Source: a virus (lineage: Duplodnaviria > Caudoviricetes). Taken from it: a DNA stretch of 64,000 bases. The translations under genes and the position numbers were made by a program. How positions within the stretch are numbered: position 1 is the first letter of the stretch; each line of letters begins with the position of its first letter. Where the stretch lies: IMG/VR virus record IMGVR_UViG_3300028805_000056, positions 64,001 through 128,000 of that record, one strand, 5' to 3'. The notes below the pieces were generated by a model. It was given only the letters and a program-made list of their open reading frames with translations. It had not been told where the DNA came from and did not search any database. Shown here piece by piece: positions 57,634-64,000 of this stretch.

Positions 57634-58017
57634 ATGAGCCTGATAGACAAAGACGCTTTAAAGGTGGAGATAGAGAAAGAGATAAAAGACATTTATGCAG
57701 GTAGAGAATATGTCGGCATCCCTTCTTGGGAGGAAAGAGAAATTGACGGATTAGAAAAAGCAATAGAAATCTTGAACACCCTTGAAGTGAAAGGGGTGGA
57801 CTTAGAGAAGGAAATAACTTTATGGGCAAATGCAAATCCAGAAATACGACTTGATGACGTTGAAAGACTTGCAAAGCATTTCTTTGAATTAGGCATTAAA
57901 GTAAGTAGGATGACCGCTGTTTTAGATAGTGGAATTGCGGAGGAATTTATATTAGACCTTAAAAGGCTTGAAAACGACTATAAGCGGCTGATGAAAAAGA
58001 TACAGAAAGGAGAATAA
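57634..58017 (+). CDS. Paralogue family C (LIDKD..EVK.VD..AKHFFELGIK..QKGE), copy 1
   Basis: Shared blocks with 60699 and 61593. Confidence 0.75.
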   Translation: MSLIDKDALKVEIEKEIKDIYAGREYVGIPSWEEREIDGLEKAIEILNTLEVKGVDLEKEITLWANANPEIRLDDVERLAKHFFELGIKVSRMTAVLDSGIAEEFILDLKRLENDYKRLMKKIQKGE

Positions 58018-58059
58018 ATAGCCACCAAATGTTAAAATTATGTTAAAAACATGAATTTC

Positions 58060-58091
58060 CTTGGTCAATTTAAAAAATTGTAGTACATTTG
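58060..58091 (+). promoter_or_regulatory. Class I promoter variant
   Basis: CTTG-N20-TACATTTG followed by CAGCAGAAA. Confidence 0.7.
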
Positions 58092-58123
58092 CAGCAGAAA
58101 ACAAAAAACAAAGATAAGAAACT

Positions 58124-58300
58124 ATGACAATCAGAGAAAGAATACAACGCATTGCTACAAAGGCAAACGTACCATATGGAACAATAAGCATTTTGGTGAA
58201 CAGTTTCTATGGGAAGGGAAGCATTCCTTTTGAGGACAGAATTGAATTACTTGAAAAACAATATGAAATACATGGGAATAACAGTCGGACGAATTGTTGA
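58124..58300 (+). CDS. Small hypothetical protein
   Basis: 58 aa, MTIRERIQR.., first ORF after the promoter. Confidence 0.5.
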   Translation: MTIRERIQRIATKANVPYGTISILVNSFYGKGSIPFEDRIELLEKQYEIHGNNSRTNC

Positions 58301-58466
58301 AGGGTTTTGTATCCTCCCTTCTATTAATTTAACTTGGGCAACATTAAAAGTAAAAGATAAACTGCCTGGTAATTATGCTACATATTATGACCTGCAATTT
58401 GCATGGCTATTTTGGTATTTTACTATTGGACAGATTAAAAACAAGTTAAAGGAACAAGGGTATTAA
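58263..58466 (+). CDS. Hypothetical protein
   Basis: 3' part of ORF 58209..58466; start uncertain. Confidence 0.45.
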   Translation: MKYMGITVGRIVEGFCILPSINLTWATLKVKDKLPGNYATYYDLQFAWLFWYFTIGQIKNKLKEQGY

Positions 58467-58487
58467 ATGAAAAATTGTGAATAAACT

Positions 58488-58637
58488 ATGAGAATTAATT
58501 ATGCAGAACTCTATGGCGTAGCAGATAATGAATCAGATTTCAGTGGTGCTATTAAGAGGTCACTTAATATGGGGATGATGCATCTTGGGGAGAATTTTAT
58601 AGAGACCATAAATAAAATTAGAAAAAAAGGGGAGTAG
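58488..58637 (+). CDS. Small hypothetical protein ending KGE
   Basis: 49 aa, MRINYAEL..RKKGE*. Confidence 0.5.
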   Translation: MRINYAELYGVADNESDFSGAIKRSLNMGMMHLGENFIETINKIRKKGE

Positions 58638-58640
58638 ACT

Positions 58641-58814
58641 ATGACACAAGAAGATAAAGAAAACATCATCTATTGGTTTGAACATATTGCACAAATTGCA
58701 GATGACAGGAAAACTGCCAATGGTGTAGTTATGGAAGATTGGGCTGCCCTTGATGAAATTAGGGCAATTGCCAAAGACAGTATATATTATATCAAAAATC
58801 ATTGTAATTTATGA
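58641..58814 (+). CDS. Small hypothetical protein (MTQED start)
   Basis: 57 aa; ATGA overlap with the next gene. Confidence 0.55.
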   Translation: MTQEDKENIIYWFEHIAQIADDRKTANGVVMEDWAALDEIRAIAKDSIYYIKNHCNL

Positions 58815-59206
58815 CAAAAGAAAATAAAGAACTATTAATGAAATACCTCTGTATGGCATCGCCATATGATGTTATAGTTGATTACGAGAATCATATCTAT
58901 ATACTTAATGAGGTTAACCCAGCTTGTAAGGATATGGACTATATTACTGTTCTCATACAAGATGTAGAAAGATTAATGTGTGCTGAAAACGAAATGATAG
59001 AAGACATTAAGCCATATCTCCGTCCAATGTCAAGTATGACTGAGGAAGAATTAAAAGAATTTCAAGAATTTAGAAACATTACTCCATTAGATTGGCTTCC
59101 TCTTGCACTTGATTGGCTTCTTGAATATCATTTTGACTTTATGGGTTTAATTCCCAAAGATTTGGCTATTGAAGTAACTGAAGAAAACAATCCGTATGAA
59201 AATTAG
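58811..59206 (+). CDS. Paralogue family A, copy 3
   Basis: Family anchors present; C-terminus altered to NNPYEN. Confidence 0.8.
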   Translation: MTKENKELLMKYLCMASPYDVIVDYENHIYILNEVNPACKDMDYITVLIQDVERLMCAENEMIEDIKPYLRPMSSMTEEELKEFQEFRNITPLDWLPLALDWLLEYHFDFMGLIPKDLAIEVTEENNPYEN

Positions 59207-59438
59207 AGTTGGATTCGGCACAAACGGTGACATATATGCAGACTTAGAGAAAGTGAAAGCCTGTAATTTTTGTACGCATTTCAAAGGTTATGGTCTCCAT
59301 GCTTGTACTGGGCACTGTTTTAAACTTGAAAAAGACATAGACGGAGGCTATATAGGAAATTATAGTAAAGTAGCTCAAGAATGTGATGTTTTCAATGTTA
59401 GACCCGAACTAATTGAAAATAATCCATATAAAGAATAA
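59196..59438 (+). CDS. Cys-rich small protein ending ENNPYKE
   Basis: 80 aa; CNFC; carries the family A terminal peptide. Confidence 0.65.
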   Translation: MKIRVGFGTNGDIYADLEKVKACNFCTHFKGYGLHACTGHCFKLEKDIDGGYIGNYSKVAQECDVFNVRPELIENNPYKE

Positions 59439-59442
59439 AGTT

Positions 59443-59913
59443 ATGACACAAGAAGAAAAAGAACTATTACTGAAGTACCTTTGTATGGCATTGCCTTATG
59501 GGGTAATCGTTGACTACAAGGAAAATGAATTTGAATTACCACATTGGAAAATAACAACCATTCATCCAGAAACATTGAGTGGTTGGATTGGTTATGACAA
59601 GAGAGTCGGAGCAGGTTCTGAAAGTGGTAGCAGACATTTTAAGATTGGGGATGTGAAACCCTATCTCCGTCCAATGTCAAGTATGACTGAGGAAGAGAAG
59701 GAGGAAATGCACAATCTATTATCTCCTGAAGGAACCGCAATTTATGGCTATGATGGAATTAGTATGCCAATGAATCATTATGGTGAGTTTGTTTCTTATG
59801 AGTTTATGAATCGCATCATTCAATATCTTCTTAAAAATCACTTCGACTTCATGGGTTTAATCCCTAAAGATTTGGCTATTGAAGTAACTGAAAGTAATAA
59901 TCCCTATAAGTAA
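59443..59913 (+). CDS. Paralogue family A, copy 4
   Basis: MTQEEKELLLKYLCMALPY..KPYLRPMSSMT..NNPYK. Confidence 0.8.
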   Translation: MTQEEKELLLKYLCMALPYGVIVDYKENEFELPHWKITTIHPETLSGWIGYDKRVGAGSESGSRHFKIGDVKPYLRPMSSMTEEEKEEMHNLLSPEGTAIYGYDGISMPMNHYGEFVSYEFMNRIIQYLLKNHFDFMGLIPKDLAIEVTESNNPYK

Positions 59914-59917
59914 AGTT

Positions 59918-60112
59918 ATGACATATATACCTGAAAGTAAAATAAAATCATACATAGAATATTGTAAAGATAAAACATTTAATGTAGTATGTGATTGCGG
60001 AGATATAGTAGAGGTAAGTCTTACACCGTATTTCTATGATGAGAAAGAAAATGATGTATATTTCGCATCATTGTGCCCTAAATGTGGAAAATTGATAATT
60101 ACTAAAGAATAA
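59918..60112 (+). CDS. Small zinc-ribbon protein
   Basis: CDCG..CPKCG. Confidence 0.6.
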   Translation: MTYIPESKIKSYIEYCKDKTFNVVCDCGDIVEVSLTPYFYDEKENDVYFASLCPKCGKLIITKE

Positions 60113-60116
60113 AGTT

Positions 60117-60296
60117 ATGTCAAAGATTAAATGTATATTATGTGACGGACGCAAAGAAGCAACGGAGGCTTTAAATGAGTTAAAGGAAAAAGGTCACAAT
60201 TTATCAATGAATTTGCTATCAATCACACAAGATGGAATGTGTTATACCATATTCTATAACGATGTGTTTGACGGAAGAGGTAATGGAAATTTATAA
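60117..60296 (+). CDS. Small hypothetical protein
   Basis: 59 aa, MSKIKCILCD.., fills the gap. Confidence 0.5.
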   Translation: MSKIKCILCDGRKEATEALNELKEKGHNLSMNLLSITQDGMCYTIFYNDVFDGRGNGNL

Positions 60297-60300
60297 AATT

Positions 60301-60702
60301 ATGAACAAGATTTGTACCTCATTAGAACAATCCAAGAAACTCATAGAGTTAGGAATTGATGTTAAAACTGCTGATATGTGTTGGACTAATCATTTATTCA
60401 ATGCATTTCTTTCAAGTTGGAGAATTGAAAGTACTCCACCACAAGAATATAAGAATCTTTTAGATAGGTTTGTAGTAAGAGGTTATCTTATAGAACCCGC
60501 ATGGAGTCTTACGGCATTAGAACAATTGATGCCCAAAATTGGAGCACACGAACCAATGCTGCGTAAGCTGTATTACATAAGTGAACCAACAGAGAGATAT
60601 ATTTGCCAATATAGTTTAACTGACATGACGAGTGAATACGACAATCCTGTTGATGCTTGTTATGAAATGGTTTGTTTTTTAAAAGAAAACGGAAAGATAT
60701 GA
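60301..60702 (+). CDS. Hypothetical phage protein
   Basis: MNKICTSLEQSKKLIELGID..PAWSL..DACYEM. Confidence 0.7.
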   Translation: MNKICTSLEQSKKLIELGIDVKTADMCWTNHLFNAFLSSWRIESTPPQEYKNLLDRFVVRGYLIEPAWSLTALEQLMPKIGAHEPMLRKLYYISEPTERYICQYSLTDMTSEYDNPVDACYEMVCFLKENGKI

Positions 60703-61037
60703 AACTGATTGACAAAGATAGAGTAATGACAATACTATCAAATAAGATAGCAGATATAGAACTTGACATGAAGTGTGGCTTTCTTAAGAAAAGGAAAGGA
60801 GTTAATAATATACTTGTCCTTAAACATATTATTTCTCTCATTGATACAATTGAGGTGAAAGATGTTGACTTAGGGGATATTATAGACACATATATAAATA
60901 ACCATTATAGTGAAGGATGTGATAAAGGTATGATAAGTGACGCAAATAGGGATATAGGCGGTGTTACTTATTTTGATCTTATGGACATTGCCAAACATTT
61001 CTTTGAATTAGGCATTAAAGCACAGAAAGGAGAATAA
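60699..61037 (+). CDS. Paralogue family C, copy 2
   Basis: MKLIDKD..IEVKDVD..AKHFFELGIKAQKGE. Confidence 0.75.
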   Translation: MKLIDKDRVMTILSNKIADIELDMKCGFLKKRKGVNNILVLKHIISLIDTIEVKDVDLGDIIDTYINNHYSEGCDKGMISDANRDIGGVTYFDLMDIAKHFFELGIKAQKGE

Positions 61038-61038
61038 T

Positions 61039-61350
61039 ATGAAGGTACATTATACATCGGATGGAATATTAGCAAATACAAAGTGTCCTTATGGGCATAA
61101 ATCTGGCTTGATCACTACAAAGGTTGGTTCAATTGATTGCCACCGCCATTGCAAATTTTACCGTTCTACAAATTATAAGGAAAAGTATGTAGTTTGTATG
61201 GGTGATTGCTCTTCACAACTTGAAGAAATCCTTGACAAGATAGACGTTATTATAGCAAATGATAAGTTTGATGATATATGCTTTGAGGATTTTCTTGCAG
61301 AAATTAGAGAAGATATTGCATCAGTATTGGATAATATCGAAAATAAATAG
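61039..61350 (+). CDS. Cys-rich hypothetical protein
   Basis: 103 aa ORF. Confidence 0.6.
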   Translation: MKVHYTSDGILANTKCPYGHKSGLITTKVGSIDCHRHCKFYRSTNYKEKYVVCMGDCSSQLEEILDKIDVIIANDKFDDICFEDFLAEIREDIASVLDNIENK

Positions 61351-61354
61351 AGTT

Positions 61355-61606
61355 ATGGAAACGCACTATATAGACAAATCCGCTATAAAACAAAAAGTTC
61401 AAGAAAAGTTACTTGATGCTTGTACAAGACATTATGAGGCAGAAATGGCGTTATGTGAAATCGCCGCGCCACAATCATGGAAAGATGAAGCAAAGGCGGC
61501 ATGGGAGGAATTTGTTTGGAGATATCAAGACTATGAGTTAGTTTTTAAATATGATATGGATATAACGAAAGATGACTTAAATTATGACGATTATGAAACT
61601 GATTGA
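61355..61606 (+). CDS. Hypothetical protein
   Basis: Probable start METHYIDKS. Confidence 0.6.
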   Translation: METHYIDKSAIKQKVQEKLLDACTRHYEAEMALCEIAAPQSWKDEAKAAWEEFVWRYQDYELVFKYDMDITKDDLNYDDYETD

Positions 61607-61991
61607 TAAAGATGCTTTAAGAACGGAAATAGAGAGAAGAATTTCAACATATAAACGTCACTATGAAGAGTTAGTACGTTATGAAGTATGGAATGATGCT
61701 AAAAAAATAGAACCAAAGATTAATGAATTGGAAAATTTACTTTCTTTTATTAACACCATTGAAGTAAAAGAGGTGGAAACTTGGCATTTACAAGAAAAAG
61801 AAGATATATATGATGCAGTTAAAGATTGGGGTCTTTACAAATTTGTATGTATAATGAAAGATGGAACTATCCAAAGATTTAATGGATGCCTTGATGAAGA
61901 TTGTGAAGGGCATATTAATGTACATATAAATGGAATTAATGATGATTATGATGATGTTGATGACATTGTAAAATGGATAGAAATCACTTAA
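61593..61991 (+). CDS. Paralogue family C, copy 3 (replaced C-terminus)
   Basis: MKLIDKDALRTEIE..NTIEVKEV, then an unrelated tail. Confidence 0.7.
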   Translation: MKLIDKDALRTEIERRISTYKRHYEELVRYEVWNDAKKIEPKINELENLLSFINTIEVKEVETWHLQEKEDIYDAVKDWGLYKFVCIMKDGTIQRFNGCLDEDCEGHINVHINGINDDYDDVDDIVKWIEIT

Positions 61992-62114
61992 AGTACAAAA
62001 AGGAGAATAGTATTATGGAAAAATATAATAAAAATGATGACAATTGGGTGGTTGATTATCGATTTTATCCTGAACAAGGATATTGTAGAAGTTGGCTAAC
62101 TAATAAAAAGGAAA

Positions 62115-62273
62115 ATGAATACAGATAAACTTTTAGAAATATTGCTCGAAGCAATAGATTATTCCTTTCTTCAAACTAATGGTGATTATGACAAGTCTTT
62201 GACTTATCCTGTTATCGACAAAGTTAAGTATATAAAAGAGAAACTAAAAAACAAGGAAGTAAAAGGAGAATAA
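62115..62273 (+). CDS. Small hypothetical protein ending KGE
   Basis: 52 aa, MNTDKLLE..EVKGE*. Confidence 0.5.
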   Translation: MNTDKLLEILLEAIDYSFLQTNGDYDKSLTYPVIDKVKYIKEKLKNKEVKGE

Positions 62274-62277
62274 AATT

Positions 62278-63582
62278 ATGACACAAAGAGAAGAAATACC
62301 CAAAACAAATGTAGAAATTAAGGTAGGTGGTCTCATTAAGAATGAACTAAAACCAAGCAATCCTTTGTCCAAGGAGTTGTTTAAGGATATGAAATCCATT
62401 GGTATCAACTACGTCATTACAAGTTATATCCAAGACAGAAAAGGTTCCGATAACCTTAACAGCCTACTTGAAACCTTAAGTAATGCGGACGAGGTTGGAA
62501 TTGACGTTATTACAAGTTTCAGAGTTCTATCTAAGACCGAAAGCGACAAGGATGTAATCAGAAATAGGGAAAAGGAATATTGGTGGTATGCCGATAATTT
62601 TTCTGAGGATAAACTCAAATTGGCAATAGAACATCCGTCATTCAAGGGTGTGTTCATCGACGAACCGAACGACAAGGATGAAACATATGAAAATCTTAAG
62701 AATTTATATGATATCTTCAAGAAATATAATGTTAAGGTGGACATAAACCTGTTCCCTAATTATACCAGTATGTTCACCGCAGACAACAACAAGTGGAATA
62801 CAGGTAGGAATTTCAAGGAATATGTCGAGAGATATGCCCAAATAAGCGATACAATCGGTGTTGATTTTTATCCTATCAATTATTCCACCGATTACTACAT
62901 TGCAGGTTCAAAACTAAAGGCTTGGGCTGAGTGTCTTGAAACACTCTTGCAATTGCATCACAAATACCCAGAGAAAGACTACAAGGTGTTTATACAGACA
63001 AGCAAACACACATCTTATGGGGCATTGACCGACACATCATACCTAATTCAAACGTATGGCGACCTAATAGGCGGTTGCCGTGATGTGAGGTATTTTTGTC
63101 TGACAGACAATGATGTCAAGGAGGGTATTGCTGCTTTCGAATGTTCCCCTTATACAAGTGACCATACGGGATACCAACATGGTGAAACCTATAACATCGT
63201 GAAACTGATAAATCAGTCAACTGATTTTAAGACATTCAGAGATAATATCGGGAAAAGATATATTGATCACGTCGACATTTACAAGGAAGACGCGCCGATA
63301 TTGGGAACAATCACAAACTTCACTGAATTGGTTAGGACAAGCACCGGCAACATAATGGTTTCTGTCGGCTATGATAAGGAGAATACATATTGTCATATCC
63401 TGAACATAGACCCAAATAGGGAAGCAGTAATTACGGACTTCTATGGCACAACGGAAACATTGCTGCCCGGTATGAGAATGACCGTAACGAAAAAGATTGG
63501 CGGGAATGATAGTGAAGAAACACAAAAGAAACCGAATATTTTCAAGAGAATTTGGAATTGGATTAAAAACATTTTTAAATAA
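62278..63582 (+). CDS. Putative glycoside-hydrolase-like TIM-barrel protein
   Basis: HPSFKGVFIDEPN, INLFPNY, YVERY, DTIGVDFYPI, VFIQT patterns. Confidence 0.45.
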   Translation: MTQREEIPKTNVEIKVGGLIKNELKPSNPLSKELFKDMKSIGINYVITSYIQDRKGSDNLNSLLETLSNADEVGIDVITSFRVLSKTESDKDVIRNREKEYWWYADNFSEDKLKLAIEHPSFKGVFIDEPNDKDETYENLKNLYDIFKKYNVKVDINLFPNYTSMFTADNNKWNTGRNFKEYVERYAQISDTIGVDFYPINYSTDYYIAGSKLKAWAECLETLLQLHHKYPEKDYKVFIQTSKHTSYGALTDTSYLIQTYGDLIGGCRDVRYFCLTDNDVKEGIAAFECSPYTSDHTGYQHGETYNIVKLINQSTDFKTFRDNIGKRYIDHVDIYKEDAPILGTITNFTELVRTSTGNIMVSVGYDKENTYCHILNIDPNREAVITDFYGTTETLLPGMRMTVTKKIGGNDSEETQKKPNIFKRIWNWIKNIFK

Positions 63583-63593
63583 AAAAAAAAGAT

Positions 63594-63830
63594 ATGGATA
63601 TACTATTATTTTGGATTTTTGGATGGGTTTTGTTTTTTGTCGGATATATCATCTATAACAAATATATAGACGGACATAATGAGCCAATTACGAAGTTGAT
63701 GGTCTATGAAGGAATAAAATATGGAATGTGGTCATGGATTGGCATTGTAATAATGGTCGTATTCTTTATCATTATGCTCATTACCGCAATTGACGAATGG
63801 TTAACCGAAAAACTTAGTAAAAATAAATGA
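63594..63830 (+). CDS. Small membrane protein
   Basis: Two hydrophobic helices. Confidence 0.6.
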   Translation: MDILLFWIFGWVLFFVGYIIYNKYIDGHNEPITKLMVYEGIKYGMWSWIGIVIMVVFFIIMLITAIDEWLTEKLSKNK

Positions 63831-63835
63831 GAGAT

Positions 63836-64000
63836 ATGAAGAAACTGTTTTTTATTTTAATGGCTTTTATAGCCATTGCACTCGTATCTTGTTGTGCGCC
63901 TGAAAATATGGATGAGAATTGTGATGATGTCACAATTATCCGTCGTAATAGCGACAATGTTGAATATGTTCTGATTAAAGACTGGTTCGATTTTAAATAT
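63836..64000 (+). CDS. Putative lipoprotein (truncated by the window end)
   Basis: MKKLFFILMAFIAIALVS-C lipobox. Confidence 0.55.
   Translation, partial: MKKLFFILMAFIAIALVSCCAPENMDENCDDVTIIRRNSDNVEYVLIKDWFDFKY

Noticed and set aside
52603-62296. Classical integron
   Set aside because: No tyrosine integrase in the window and no palindromic attC-like sites; intergenic gaps are mostly only a few nt.
1-64000. TAG recoding (code 15) as in Lak megaphages
   Set aside because: Genes are long and intact in the standard code, and TAG falls at natural ends (hsp20 5047, rmlD 11265, GH2 protein 31739, glf 49948).
1-64000. CRISPR array, DGR or retron
   Set aside because: I saw no regular repeat-spacer array, no reverse transcriptase and no adenine-specific template/variable repeat pair; the repeats found are coding paralogue anchors.
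1-64000. Bacterial chromosome origin
   Set aside because: Housekeeping homologues are isolated from their usual operons and mixed with dense phage-type small ORFs. It is not formally excluded because no virion hallmark gene is in the window.

Overview
This window is gene-dense and AT-rich, and is best read as an internal accessory segment of a large (jumbo-type) phage infecting Bacteroidota, probably Prevotella/Bacteroidales. That call is inference: no capsid, terminase or polymerase gene lies in the window. It rests on host-like genes scattered outside their operons (dnaK, grpE, hsp20, yqeY, thyX, IMPDH/GMP reductase, rmlA, rmlD, glf, ompA), two isolated tRNAs (Pro-TGG, Gly-TCC), many small phage-type ORFs, Bacteroidota TTTG-N19/20-TAnnTTTG promoters and A-rich ribosome-binding regions without Shine-Dalgarno (SD) motifs. 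The standard code is used (TAG is a stop). Main content: (i) three large tail-fibre/BspA-LRR-like proteins without signal peptides, one carrying a complete GH2 glycosidase; (ii) four DNA methyltransferases, three of them next to nucleases; (iii) rhamnose and galactofuranose glycosylation genes; (iv) three recurring promoter classes. The best candidate for an undescribed system is a ~10 kb array (52.6-62.3 kb) of small genes. It is built from conserved DNA anchors with swapped interiors and shared stop/start junctions, and shows visible insertion footprints, suggesting homology-driven cassette shuffling. All family assignments come from motif recognition by eye, not from database searches.
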